A stretch of DNA of 64,000 bases, from positions 800,001 to 864,000 of the forward strand of contig CAXXYE010000009.1 in assembly GCA_963674865.2 (NCBI GenBank), in the 5' to 3' direction. Positions 40,314-52,057 of this stretch are shown in pieces (position 1 is the stretch's first letter; each line of letters opens with the position of its first letter). The DNA comes from Candidatus Hydrogenedentota bacterium. Its GTDB lineage: Bacteria > Hydrogenedentota > Hydrogenedentia > Hydrogenedentales > SLHB01. The notes under the pieces were generated by a model, which made no database searches, had not been told where the DNA came from, and was given only the letters and a program-made list of their open reading frames with translations. A program made the position numbers and the translations under genes.

Positions 40314-41327
40314 ATGGCACTGCGCATAGCGTTCGCGGGATTGGGACACGGGCACATCTTCTCCCTGTACAAGCTGGCCCAAGAGCGGGAAGACCTGGAG
40401 ATTGCGGGGGCGTGTGAGGAGGATGTGGAGACGCGCGAGGGACTTGCCGGGCGGGACGTGCCCGTCACGCACAATGACTACGAGGCCATGCTCTCGGAAG
40501 TCGAGTGCGATGTGATTGCCTGCGGCGGCTACTACGGGCGGCGCGGGCATGACCTGGCGCGGGCGTTGGAGACAGGACACCACGTCATCGCCGACAAACC
40601 GATCTGCACTCGGCTTGCGGACTTGGAGCGGATTGAGGCGTTGGCCCGTGAGAGAAGCCTATGCGTCGGCTGCCAACTGGACCTGCCGAACGGCGCGGTG
40701 TTTCGCACGCTCCGCGAGGTGCTTCAGAACGGCGCCATCGGCGAAGTTCACACCGTATCGTTCTCGGGCCAGCATCCTCTGAACTATGGCAAACGCCCGC
40801 AATGGTATTTCGAGGAGGGAAAGCACGGCGGCACGATTAATGACTTGGCCATCCACGCCATCGATTATATCCCGTGGGCGACGGGCCGCCGCATCGTCGA
40901 GGTTACGGCCGCCCGGGCCTGGAATGCGCGTTTGAAGGAATGTCCCTTTTTCCAGGACGGCGCCCAGATGATGCTCCGGCTCGACAACGACGGCGGGGTG
41001 CTCGGGGATGTCTCCTACTTGACGCCGGAAAGCCACGGCTACGTCTTGCCGGCCTACTGGCGATTCGAGCTATACGGCTCCGAAGGATACGCCGAACTCT
41101 GCAATACGGCGAACACCATCACGGTGTACCACAAGGACGAGAAGGAGCCTCGCAACGTGCCCATCGGCCCGGGCCGCCCCGGTGGCTATCTGGAGGATTT
41201 CCTCAGCGAGATAGGCGGCCGGCCCAATCTCGACGGCTTGCATACGGCACGTGTTCTCGAGAGCAGCCGAATTGTCTTGCAGATCCAAGCTGCGGCGGAC
41301 ACGGGGGTATTTCCTCAATCGCTCTAG
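40314..41327 (+). CDS. Gfo/Idh/MocA family oxidoreductase
   Basis: IAFAGLGHGH, HVIADKPI and GGTINDLAIHAID. Confidence 0.9.
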   Translation: MALRIAFAGLGHGHIFSLYKLAQEREDLEIAGACEEDVETREGLAGRDVPVTHNDYEAMLSEVECDVIACGGYYGRRGHDLARALETGHHVIADKPICTRLADLERIEALARERSLCVGCQLDLPNGAVFRTLREVLQNGAIGEVHTVSFSGQHPLNYGKRPQWYFEEGKHGGTINDLAIHAIDYIPWATGRRIVEVTAARAWNARLKECPFFQDGAQMMLRLDNDGGVLGDVSYLTPESHGYVLPAYWRFELYGSEGYAELCNTANTITVYHKDEKEPRNVPIGPGRPGGYLEDFLSEIGGRPNLDGLHTARVLESSRIVLQIQAAADTGVFPQSL

Positions 41328-41404
41328 GCCGGTAGGAAGACCCCCATAAGACAGTGGCTCGCCGCGAAGCGGCGAGCCACAGGTGCAGTTGCTGGATGGT
41401 TCTT

Positions 41405-42463
41405 CTATTTGCGGATGTCGCTGATCTTGATTTCCTTGCCCGTTCGCGATGACTTGAAGACGGCGCACGCGATCTCGACGGCATGGGAAGCGCTCTCGAT
41501 GGTGATGGCCGGTTCGCGATCATTCCGTATCGCTTTGACGAGATCCTCGACGATCAACATGTGGCCGTCGGCTGAAACCGCCATCGGATCCTTGCTGGCC
41601 ACGTCGGCCTTTTTCCCTTCGCCGAAGAGTTCCATCATGCGTTGCCGCTGCTTCGGAGCGTCCATCTCGTAGAATTCGAGGCCTGAGCCCGACTGCATGA
41701 ACGAGCCCTTGGTACCGTACATGTAGAGGCGCTGGCCCTTGTCGGGAATGGCGCACGTCGTGGAAAACAGCGTGCCGAGCGCCCCGTTCTCGAACTTCAG
41801 AATGGCCACCGTCTGATCTTCCGCTTCGATCTTGTGGTTGTAGACGCCATAGAAGCCGCACACGCTTTTGACGGGGCCTGCGAGCCATTGGATGAGGTCG
41901 ACGGTATGGATGCCTTGGTTCATCAGGCTGCCGCCACCGTCCAGCTTCCAGGTACCTTTCCACGAGCCGTGGGGCCCTTCATAGTAACTCTGAGCCCGAA
42001 ACCAAGGCAGATACGCGTGCGCCCCGATCAACTGGCCCATCTTCCCCTTCTGGATCGCCTTGCGGATGAGAATATTACAGTTTCTGAACCGCGACTGGAA
42101 GATGCAGCCGGCCTTGATGCCGGCCTTCTTCACGGCCTCGCGAAGTGGTTTGATGCGCGCCGGCGTGATGTCGACGGGCTTCTCCACGATGATGTGCTTG
42201 CCTGCCTTGGCCGCGGCGATGCCGAAGTTGGCGTGAGTACCGCTCTCGGTGACGACATTGACGCAGTCGATGCTCTTATCCTTGAGCATCTCCTTGTATG
42301 ATGTGTAGCCTTTGCAGTCGTACTCTTTGACGGCCTGCTTGAGCCTTTTCTCGTCGATATCGCAAACGGCGGCCAAGTTGGCGCCCTTAGCGCTTTGAAT
42401 CGCCTTGCAGTGATGGCGCCCCATGCCCAATCCGACAACCGCGAAATTCAGCTCCCGAGCCAT
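41405..42463 (-). CDS. Gfo/Idh/MocA family oxidoreductase
   Basis: VVGLGMG, KHIIVEKP and GGGSLMNQGIHTVD. Confidence 0.93.
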   Translation of the reverse strand: MARELNFAVVGLGMGRHHCKAIQSAKGANLAAVCDIDEKRLKQAVKEYDCKGYTSYKEMLKDKSIDCVNVVTESGTHANFGIAAAKAGKHIIVEKPVDITPARIKPLREAVKKAGIKAGCIFQSRFRNCNILIRKAIQKGKMGQLIGAHAYLPWFRAQSYYEGPHGSWKGTWKLDGGGSLMNQGIHTVDLIQWLAGPVKSVCGFYGVYNHKIEAEDQTVAILKFENGALGTLFSTTCAIPDKGQRLYMYGTKGSFMQSGSGLEFYEMDAPKQRQRMMELFGEGKKADVASKDPMAVSADGHMLIVEDLVKAIRNDREPAITIESASHAVEIACAVFKSSRTGKEIKISDIRK

Positions 42464-42658
42464 GGTAATGCTTCTCCTTCATGTGTAGTTGTGGCAACTG
42501 CGCGCTTCGAGGACAAGAAAAACAGACAGTAACATAGGGAAAAGATGATGGCGGATCAAGTGCGGCGCGCGTATGGAAAACACGTGCGGGACATCAACCG
42601 CAGAGCGTGGGACGTTCTCTGAGGCGCGTTTGGCCGTGCTTGGTGCCGAGGTGGGTGG

Positions 42659-43075
42659 CTATTCGATCGGCGTGCCCGACGCGCATGTGCCTTCGTAGAT
42701 CGAGGCCGATTCGTCGACGCAGAAGGAACGCGTGCCCGTCTTGCCGGGGACGATGGGCGTGGCGACGCACTGATACTCGAATTTTGTCACGGCGGCGGTG
42801 ACGAACTTGTATCCCTGTTTTTCGCCATCGGCCAGTTCCTCCGCGATATAGGGCGGGTCGTCATCGTCGAGTTCCTGCAACTGGCCATACCTACGATAGT
42901 TGTCCCTGAACGCGGTTTGTGCCTGGGAGATGGTGCGCAGGGCCGCGATGGCGTTGGATTCATTCGCGCCAGCGCGCGAGCGAACCAACTGGGGGATGGC
43001 GATGCCCGCTATCACGGCGATGATGGCGACCACGAGCATTAGCTCGATCAGCGTGAAACCTGCCGACGTTTTCAT
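42659..43075 (-). CDS. Type IV pilin-like protein (prepilin N-terminal cleavage/methylation domain, DUF2950-like C-terminus)
   Basis: MKTSAG|FTLIELMLVVAIIAVIAGIAIP, ANESNAI..LRTI and GKTGTRSFCVDES; AAGGAG RBS. Confidence 0.9.
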   Translation of the reverse strand: MKTSAGFTLIELMLVVAIIAVIAGIAIPQLVRSRAGANESNAIAALRTISQAQTAFRDNYRRYGQLQELDDDDPPYIAEELADGEKQGYKFVTAAVTKFEYQCVATPIVPGKTGTRSFCVDESASIYEGTCASGTPIE

Positions 43076-43158
43076 GACATGTCTCCTTAAGGCGCTGGCC
43101 GCCTTACTGAGGCCTCACCTGCCTTCTGTCCATAACCAATAACTCCCCATGAAAAGAG

Positions 43159-43174
43159 AGCAAGTTCTGCGCCA
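43159..43174 (-). promoter_or_regulatory. sigma54 (-24/-12) promoter of the pilin gene
   Basis: TGGCGCAGAACTTGCT with exact GG-N10-GC spacing. Confidence 0.7.
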
Positions 43175-43281
43175 TAGTGCCCAAGTGGTGGTTAAATCAT
43201 TTTTGGCGAAGGGTTTACATAGTTATTGCGCTTGGGTGATCTTGGGAGTGTTTGGGCGGCATTCCCCAATTCGTGTCGGAA

Positions 43282-43300
43282 TGTGACGAATTTTGTCACA
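43282..43300. promoter_or_regulatory. Candidate enhancer-binding-protein site
   Basis: Palindrome TGTGAC-N7-GTCACA about 110 nt upstream of the sigma54 site. Confidence 0.45.
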
Positions 43301-43318
43301 AGCGTGGCGATCCGCGCA

Positions 43319-43363
43319 CTTCTCCTCCTGCCGTCCGTTAGGCAGAGACGGCAGGAGGAGAAG
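43319..43363 (-). terminator. Strong hairpin downstream of glmS
   Basis: Perfect 17-bp stem cttctcctcctgccgtc/gacggcaggaggagaag with an 11-nt loop; no U-tract. Confidence 0.6.
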
Positions 43364-43377
43364 ATAACTGTCGGTGC

Positions 43378-45213
<1,836 letters not shown>

Positions 45214-45275
45214 AGCATCAGACTCCTTCTATCTACAGCGGCGGACATGAACGCCGCTGCGGTGCGCGGCATTCC

Positions 45276-45797
45276 CTAGCCGCCAAGTATGAACGAGAAA
45301 ACTTCCTTGATACCGAGCGTGACGATGGCCACCACCACGCCGGCGATGCAAACGCCTGCCAAGCAGGCAAAGAAAGTCTTGTGGGCCTTCAGGCCGAAGA
45401 TGTGTCCGGCCAGGCTCCCGGTCCAAGCGCCTGTCACAGGGAGGGGCACCGCGACAAACAGGATCAGGCCCAGGGCCTTATAGCGCTGTATCTTTTCTCC
45501 CTTGCGCCGGGTGCGGGCGAAGAGCCAGGAGACGAAACGCTCTCCCAGTTTCCAACGCCGCAGGAAGTCCGTTGCAGGTTCGAGAAACCAAATGATGAAG
45601 GGAATGGGCATCATGTTGCCGATAACCGACAGCATATACGCTTTCCACAGGGGCAGGCCGCCCAAGGTCAGTGCATAGGGCAACGCACCACGGAGTTCCA
45701 CGATGGGCAGCGCCGCCACAACGAGTGTCGTGAGAGGGGGCGGCAGGTACTGCGCCACGGCATCGATCGTTTCCTGTCTCACAGGGGCATCCCCCAC
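45276..45797 (-). CDS. COG2426 / 'small multi-drug export' family membrane protein
   Basis: LPIVELRGALP, GNMMPIP and FVAVPLPVTGAWTG. Confidence 0.88.
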   Translation of the reverse strand: MGDAPVRQETIDAVAQYLPPPLTTLVVAALPIVELRGALPYALTLGGLPLWKAYMLSVIGNMMPIPFIIWFLEPATDFLRRWKLGERFVSWLFARTRRKGEKIQRYKALGLILFVAVPLPVTGAWTGSLAGHIFGLKAHKTFFACLAGVCIAGVVVAIVTLGIKEVFSFILGG

Positions 45798-46534
45798 ATT
45801 TCGAGCGGGCGTATTGCCTCGTGATTCGTCAAATCGCGATGAAGGGGGGTGATGCTGACAAAGCCGCCTTCGATCGCCTCGAAATCGGTGCCGGGAGCCG
45901 GCACATGGCTTGGCTCAGCCCCGCCAATCCAGTAATACGTCCCTCCCCGGGGATCCTCTCGGGTGATGATTTCGTCCTTGTAATCACGCCGGCCCATTCG
46001 AGTGACCTTAACGCCTTGGAGCGCCTGGTAGGGCACGTCGGGCACATTGACATTCAGGACAGTGTTTTCCGGCAGGACTTGTTCCAGGAGTCTGCGGGCC
46101 AGGTTAGCAGCGAAGCGGGCCGCTGTCTCAAGGTGCTTTGGCTGGTAGCTGACGTCCGAAACCGCAAATGACGGGAGGCCCAGCATCATGCCCTCGTACG
46201 CGCCGGCCACGGTGCCGGAGTAAGTCACATCATCGCCGAGATTGGCTCCCGGATTGATGCCGGACACGACGAGGTCGGGCCGGCGTCCGAGGAGGTCGCG
46301 GACGGCCAGCATCACGCAATCCGTCGGGGTGCCGTCCACCATATGCCATCCGGGTCTTAGCCGGGTGGCGCGCAAAGGGCGGTGGAGGGACACGCCGTGG
46401 CCGACGGCGCTCTGCTGACGATCCGGCGCGTAGACCTCGATGTCGCCGACCCCGGCCAACGCTTCGACCAAGATGGCCAGTTCGGGGGCCTGGATACCGT
46501 CGTCGTTTGTGACGAGTATGAGCGGATTGGCCAT
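45779..46534 (-). CDS. surE: 5'/3'-nucleotidase SurE
   Basis: ILVTNDDGI, GTPTDCV and SGINPGANLGDDVTYSGTV. Confidence 0.96.
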   Translation of the reverse strand: MANPLILVTNDDGIQAPELAILVEALAGVGDIEVYAPDRQQSAVGHGVSLHRPLRATRLRPGWHMVDGTPTDCVMLAVRDLLGRRPDLVVSGINPGANLGDDVTYSGTVAGAYEGMMLGLPSFAVSDVSYQPKHLETAARFAANLARRLLEQVLPENTVLNVNVPDVPYQALQGVKVTRMGRRDYKDEIITREDPRGGTYYWIGGAEPSHVPAPGTDFEAIEGGFVSITPLHRDLTNHEAIRPLEMWGMPL

Positions 46535-46792
46535 AGTCCACCAGCTACGTTGAAGACAGTTATGAGAAAGTACGGGATGACGCTCGAAGGGCTCTGAGAT
46601 CGGAACCGATGAGTTCAGGCACCACAGGACACCCGGCCTGCGGCTTATAGCACATTGGGGGGGACGATGTCGAATCGACTAGGTGGGCGGAGTGCCCATC
46701 ATGGCGTGTCCCAAGTCCTTATAAAGCAGTGTGTTCGGTATGCGCGGGACTTGTCGGGCAAGCCAAGAGTCGTCAGCGGGGGGCGACAAGCA

Positions 46793-47758
46793 CTACTGGC
46801 GTACCACCCGCATGGAGCGGCGCCGGAACAATTCGTCCGCGCAGATACCGAGGAGAATCGCCCCGCCGATCACGACGTACTCGAGTTCGCTCGGAATGGA
46901 CAGGATGTTGACGAGGTTGCGAAGCACTTGGATCAAGGATGCGCCTACCAGTACGCCTGCCACGTTGCCCTCGCCCCCGCGCAGGCTGCATCCGCCCAAG
47001 ACAGCCCCCGCAATGGCGTAGAGTTCATAGAATCCCCCATGCACGGCCGGGCCCATGGAATTCACCTTGAAGGCGATGAGGAGTCCCCCGATGGCCGTGA
47101 TGAGGGTGCAGAGCACGTAGGCGAGGATCTTCACACGGTCGGTTCGAATGCCGCTGAACCGCGCGCCCTCCTCGTTGGCGCCGAGCGCGAATAGGTGGCG
47201 TCCCTGCACCGAGAAGTGGAGGTAGGCAGCGATGAGCGCTGCGAAGGCCAGCAGGATCAGGAAGGGGATGGGGATGTTGCCGGCCACAAATCCCTTGCCC
47301 AGCAGACGGAGCCTTGGATACGAGGTGCCGAAACCTTGACTGAAATCAGAGGCGATTAGCCGCGTGATGCCGCGATAGCAGAACAGGCCGCAGAGCGTCA
47401 CGACGAAGGGCTGGATGCGGACTTTGGTGACGAGCCAGCCGTGCCAAAGGCCGATGCCCGCTGCGAGTGCGAGCACGGCGGGTATGACGAGAATGGGTGG
47501 CACGCCCTTTCCCAGCGCCATGGCCGTGACGATCCCGACCAAGGCTACGACACTGCCGACGGATAGGTCGATGCCTCCGGTGATGATGACGATGGCCTGG
47601 CCCAGGCTCAGTATGCCGAAAAGCCCGATCCACGTGAATAGGTTGCGCAGGTTTTCGGCGCTCAGGAAGACGCTGCTGCCCCGGGTGGAGTGCTCCCAGA
47701 CATACGTTCCGACGACCAGGACGACGAGAATTCCGACCAGCCCCAGCGTCTTTCTCAC
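46793..47758 (-). CDS. Monosaccharide ABC transporter permease (RbsC-like)
   Basis: GGIDLSVGS, PFVVTL, GANEEGARFSGI and YELYAIAGAVLGGCSL.GG.G. Confidence 0.93.
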   Translation of the reverse strand: MRKTLGLVGILVVLVVGTYVWEHSTRGSSVFLSAENLRNLFTWIGLFGILSLGQAIVIITGGIDLSVGSVVALVGIVTAMALGKGVPPILVIPAVLALAAGIGLWHGWLVTKVRIQPFVVTLCGLFCYRGITRLIASDFSQGFGTSYPRLRLLGKGFVAGNIPIPFLILLAFAALIAAYLHFSVQGRHLFALGANEEGARFSGIRTDRVKILAYVLCTLITAIGGLLIAFKVNSMGPAVHGGFYELYAIAGAVLGGCSLRGGEGNVAGVLVGASLIQVLRNLVNILSIPSELEYVVIGGAILLGICADELFRRRSMRVVRQ

Positions 47759-48768
47759 GATTTTCCCGTCAGCTCCTTAAGCTGCGCCCAGAAGGCGGCC
47801 GCCTTTTCCTGCGTGACGCTGAGCACATCGATGAAGATCTGCTTATTCGGAGGAACGCGGGACTCGTCGCCCGCGGCCAATTCGCATAGCAGGCGGACGG
47901 ACTGGTAGCCGAAGGCGAAGGGCTGCTGGACGATGGTGCCGACAATGTGGCCGTCCAAGACGCCTTGGAGGGTCTCGTCCTCCTCGTCGAAGCAGACGAT
48001 TTTCACCTGGTCGAGTTTGCCCGAGTCCCGCACCGCGTTAAGAATGGCCGGGCCGTTGTATGCCCAGAGGCCGACGAGGCATCCCACATCCGGGTGTGTG
48101 ATAAGCGTGTCTTGGACGTTGGCCATGGCCTTGGCGCGGTCTGTCTCATCAGTCCATGTGCCGATCACCTCGATGCCGGCGCCTTCCAGACCTTCCTCAA
48201 GTCCGCGTTTGCGATCGCGTGCGTTCTGCGCGTCCATGGAACCTACGAAGAGGGCGATTTTTCCGCCATCCGGCAGGGCGCGCTTGACCAGCTCCGCCGC
48301 GGCCCGGCCGGCCTGGACGTTGTTTGTGCCAATATAGCAGGCCCGATTGCTTTCCGGCGCGTCCGAATCCTGCGTGATAAGGTGGACCTTTGCCGCGACG
48401 TCGTTCAGCAGCTCTGTCTGATTGACGGGGTCCTTGGGACTAATCGCTATGCCGGCCACGCCCATCGCCAGGAGGTCCTGGATAATCTGCTGCTGTTCTT
48501 GGGCCGTGCCATTTGGTGGCATCCGGAAGAGTACCTTGCAGCCAAGTTCCCTCTCCGCCTTCCGGGTGCCGGCTTCGGCGATCTTCCAGAAGTCTGAAGG
48601 GTTGTTCGTGACAAAGGCCACCGTCAATGCCGAACGCGCTGCGTCGGACGCCGTTGCCTCCGGCGTTCCCTCCGCATTCCCAGCCCCTGCCGTCTCGCTT
48701 GGGCCAGGCGCCGGGCCGCAGCCAGCCACAAGGGCCACCAGTGAAGCCAGAAGGAAGATATATTTCAT
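47755..48768 (-). CDS. Monosaccharide ABC substrate-binding lipoprotein (RbsB-like)
   Basis: Lipobox LVAG-C, FVTNNPSDFW, TQDSDAP and YIGTNN; GGAGG RBS. Confidence 0.92.
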   Translation of the reverse strand: MKYIFLLASLVALVAGCGPAPGPSETAGAGNAEGTPEATASDAARSALTVAFVTNNPSDFWKIAEAGTRKAERELGCKVLFRMPPNGTAQEQQQIIQDLLAMGVAGIAISPKDPVNQTELLNDVAAKVHLITQDSDAPESNRACYIGTNNVQAGRAAAELVKRALPDGGKIALFVGSMDAQNARDRKRGLEEGLEGAGIEVIGTWTDETDRAKAMANVQDTLITHPDVGCLVGLWAYNGPAILNAVRDSGKLDQVKIVCFDEEDETLQGVLDGHIVGTIVQQPFAFGYQSVRLLCELAAGDESRVPPNKQIFIDVLSVTQEKAAAFWAQLKELTGKS

Positions 48769-48885
48769 GTCGAGTCCTCCCCACGGAGCCATTTCCCTGC
48801 TTGGACGCAGTGTAATGGATGCCCCGGCACTGATCAATGAGTATTCGGGCGTTCAGAACCGAAGACTTGCCGGCAAGAGGCGGCA

Positions 48886-48914
48886 TTGACGATCGCAGGC
48901 GCTGATACTAGAAT
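48886..48914 (+). promoter_or_regulatory. sigma70-type promoter
   Basis: TTGACG-N17-TAGAAT. Confidence 0.55.
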
Positions 48915-48964
48915 GCGTCTTGTAAAGAACACAGAGGTTGCTGCTGGGAGGCTGTAGGACCGTC

Positions 48965-49405
48965 ATGAAAGCTGCCGCGACATCACGGATGTTTGGAGAA
49001 TATAACCAAGGGGCAGGTAGGCCTGGAATGATCTGCGTGATTGCAGGCCTCGCGCTGTTGAGTATCGCGCTGGGTCTGGGCTGGAAGCAGTTCCAAATAT
49101 GGCACGATACAGTCCATACCGTGGCGCAGGTCAAACAGCAAACCAGCCGAACCTGGAACTTGTCGGGGGGCGGTACCGCTGTGATGCGCTACGAGATCGA
49201 GTATGACGGTATCACAAGCAACCTTGTCCTGCCGGTTGCCCTTGAGGTAGGCGACCACATCCCCATCTACTATCGCAAGAAGTATCCCATGGCGTGTTCC
49301 ACCCACCCCAACCGGAGTGGCCTGTGGCCGCCCATCGTCTGTCTGTGTCTGGCCGGTGGCTTGCTCTATTACGGCGCAAAACGGTTCAAGGATGAAACGG
49401 ACTGA
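48965..49405 (+). CDS. Small membrane protein (DUF3592-like)
   Basis: TM, beta domain (LEVGDHIPIYY), TM architecture; start uncertain. Confidence 0.6.
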   Translation: MKAAATSRMFGEYNQGAGRPGMICVIAGLALLSIALGLGWKQFQIWHDTVHTVAQVKQQTSRTWNLSGGGTAVMRYEIEYDGITSNLVLPVALEVGDHIPIYYRKKYPMACSTHPNRSGLWPPIVCLCLAGGLLYYGAKRFKDETD

Positions 49406-49645
49406 GCTTTCCCCGCTCGCCGTATCGCCCGTCGCTTCGATAAGTCCTCACGCAGCCGGCAGCGGCGAGATGCCCTCTACGCTGGACGGCCATGTTCTCC
49501 ATGCCTCTTTGCAGGCGGGCCAGCGTGTGTCGTCGTCGGTCGGCTGGCATGTCGGTTCGTGTTCGCGGTATGCTCTTGAGTGTTTCCTGGCTGCTCGTTT
49601 GTTGCCTGGAACGTAGCGTCGCCTACACGGCTTGAAGGAGTTCTC

Positions 49646-51115
49646 ATGTCTCGGCAGCGTCCCAATATCCTTGTCCTCATGACCGACCAGCAGCGATACG
49701 ATTCGCTCGGATGCTATGACGTCCCGTTTGCTCATACGCCGAATCTAGATCGACTCGCGTCCGAAGGCGTCGTGTTCGAGCGCTGCTACGCGAACAATCC
49801 GATATGTACCCCCTCACGCGCGAGCATGTTTACCGGCAAACACCTTCCCGAACACGGCGTATATCGCTTGTACGATAACCTGCCCAAGGACGAGGTGCTT
49901 TATACCGAACGGCTCCAGGACCTGGGCTATACGACCGCTCTTTTCGGCAAACTTCACGTTTCCTCGATCCACACCGAAGGATATGAGAGGCACCCTCACG
50001 ATGGCTTTGATGTCTACGAGCCCTGCCTCGAGGGCAGTCTCAACATGGATGCTCCTTACCAGGCTTACGCGCGATGGCTCAAGGATCGCGATCCGGACTT
50101 CTATGAAGAATTGAAACGGGGGCGTCGCCGGCTGCTTCACCCACGGCAAGAAGTGCATATGTCGCACTGGGCGGCGGAGCGCACCATCGACTTCATACGC
50201 AACCGGAACGCTGCCTCAGAGCCCTTCTTCTGCATGATGAGCATCTTCGAGCCCCATAATCCCTATGAACACTATCCGAAAGAGATGGGCGATCTGGTGG
50301 ATGCCGACGCCATTCCTGATCCTGTGGCGGCGGGGCCGTCTGACGCCGGCCTGCCCACGTATGTTGACAGGGAGCGCCACGGCTCCTATTTGGGGGACAT
50401 AGACTCGTTCTCTAATGCCGACCTGCGGAAGATGCGGCATGGCTACCACGCCTCGGTGGCCTACTCCGACCTCGAGTTTGGAAGAGTGCTCGACGTCTTG
50501 AGCGAGGCGGGATTGGCCGAGAACACGCTGGTTCTGTTCATGAGCGACCATGGCGATATGCTGGGCGATCACGGCCTACTGGTGAAAGGAGCGTTCTTTT
50601 TCGATCCTAACGTACGTGTTCCGTTGCTCATGCGATGGCCTGCCCGATTCCGTGGCGGGGTGCGTGTGCCGGCTCTTGTTCAGCCTAACGATATCGCCGC
50701 GACGGTGCTCACGGCGGCGGGCATGCCGGCTGAGGACATCGCGGCGCGGATGCCGGATGCGCGCAATCTGCTCCCGCTTGCGGCGGGTGAGGCAGCCCGC
50801 GTTCATGAAGAAGTGATCTGCTGCTATCGAAACACCGGAATTTCCCAAGGCCACAAGTATTGGGATCCGCCCATCAACGCCACGATGATTCGCGACGAGC
50901 GGTACAAACTGAGTATCTTGCACGCCCCCGGCGAGGCCATCGAGGGGGAGCTATACGATATGGTGAAGGATCCTCTGGAATTGGAGAATCTCTGGCCAAA
51001 ACCGGAAGCGCGGGAGGTGCGGCTTCGATTGACGGAGCGGTTGTTGACGTGGATCGCGCGGCGTGAGCAGCGATGGGGCTCGCGAGGTGGTGAGGCGCTG
51101 CAACCGCCGGTTTGA
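49646..51115 (+). CDS. Formylglycine-dependent sulfatase (no signal peptide)
   Basis: PNILVLMTDQQR, TPNLDRLA, CTPSRAS, GKLH, PHNPY and SDHGDMLGDH. Confidence 0.93.
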   Translation: MSRQRPNILVLMTDQQRYDSLGCYDVPFAHTPNLDRLASEGVVFERCYANNPICTPSRASMFTGKHLPEHGVYRLYDNLPKDEVLYTERLQDLGYTTALFGKLHVSSIHTEGYERHPHDGFDVYEPCLEGSLNMDAPYQAYARWLKDRDPDFYEELKRGRRRLLHPRQEVHMSHWAAERTIDFIRNRNAASEPFFCMMSIFEPHNPYEHYPKEMGDLVDADAIPDPVAAGPSDAGLPTYVDRERHGSYLGDIDSFSNADLRKMRHGYHASVAYSDLEFGRVLDVLSEAGLAENTLVLFMSDHGDMLGDHGLLVKGAFFFDPNVRVPLLMRWPARFRGGVRVPALVQPNDIAATVLTAAGMPAEDIAARMPDARNLLPLAAGEAARVHEEVICCYRNTGISQGHKYWDPPINATMIRDERYKLSILHAPGEAIEGELYDMVKDPLELENLWPKPEAREVRLRLTERLLTWIARREQRWGSRGGEALQPPV

Positions 51116-51212
51116 GGCGGCGCCGTGAGCCCGGTGGCCGGGTGTCCTCTTGGCGCTTGTCAGTCCGGCCCAGCCTTCTGTAAACGGGAAACATGAGGGA
51201 TTCCGCGAAGTG

Positions 51213-51983
51213 ATGGAAGCGAAGGCCCGGTCCCTAACCGATGCGTCCGGAAAGCCCCTTGCGTTCAGCGGCCACGCGGCGTTCTCGGCGTTGACGGCAC
51301 TTGCTTTGGCGGGGCTGGCCGTCTTCGTATTCCTCTTCGGCAACTACGGTGAGGAGTTGACCGCCGGCCTCGATGACGCCTGTGCGAAGGTCAACCTGGA
51401 TGCGGCGAAGCGGCTCGAAGCTCTGGGCAATGTCGATCAAGCTGTCATGCAATATCGGAGGGCGTTGTCCGGCCGCTTTCGACACGTTGAGCAGAGGTAT
51501 ATCTGCGGGATTTCTCTCGGCGATCTCTTGATGCGGGAGGGACGGTATGCCGAGGCAATCGAAGTCTACAGCTCGCTGCCCCAGGGCGCCTACGCAAAGG
51601 CTGGGGCCTACACCGGCTACGTGACGGCGTTGGCGCGGAACGGCAACGTCGAGGAGGCGGCGCGGCTCGGGGTCGAATGGCTGGCGAAGGCGAATGCCGA
51701 GAACAACCGGGAACAAATACTCTGGGCCAATGAGGCGCTGGGGCTACTTCGCTATCAGAAGCACGACTTGGACGGGGCGTTGGCGTATTTCGCGGCGGCG
51801 GCCACCGTCAATCCTTCAACGAAGACAAATGTGGATATCGCACGTGTGCTTTACGAGCAAGGGAAGTCCGAAGACGCGTTGTCCCATCTTCAGAACATCT
51901 TGGACGACAAGGAGTTGCAGCCGATCCACGGGCGCGCGGCGGCTCTCCGCAAGCACATTCTCAGCCGAGAGGGGGACGCCTGA
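51213..51983 (+). CDS. Membrane-anchored TPR protein
   Basis: Hydrophobic segment followed by TPR-like repeats (LGDLLMREGRYAEAIEVY); start uncertain. Confidence 0.75.
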   Translation: MEAKARSLTDASGKPLAFSGHAAFSALTALALAGLAVFVFLFGNYGEELTAGLDDACAKVNLDAAKRLEALGNVDQAVMQYRRALSGRFRHVEQRYICGISLGDLLMREGRYAEAIEVYSSLPQGAYAKAGAYTGYVTALARNGNVEEAARLGVEWLAKANAENNREQILWANEALGLLRYQKHDLDGALAYFAAAATVNPSTKTNVDIARVLYEQGKSEDALSHLQNILDDKELQPIHGRAAALRKHILSREGDA

Positions 51984-52057
51984 ACCGGTTGGCCTTTCGT
52001 CCTATTGAGCAAGGAGCAAACAGTCCCCGGGCCTCTTTCACGTGTGAAAGAAGTGGG

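Noticed and set aside
45214..45275. glmS ribozyme upstream of glmS
   Set aside because: The gap is only 62 nt and has no AGCGCC...GACGAGG core.
46535..46655. 6S-RNA-like words (GAACCGATGAGTTCAGG...CACCACAGGAC)
   Set aside because: I could not form the long closing stem and central bubble of 6S RNA.
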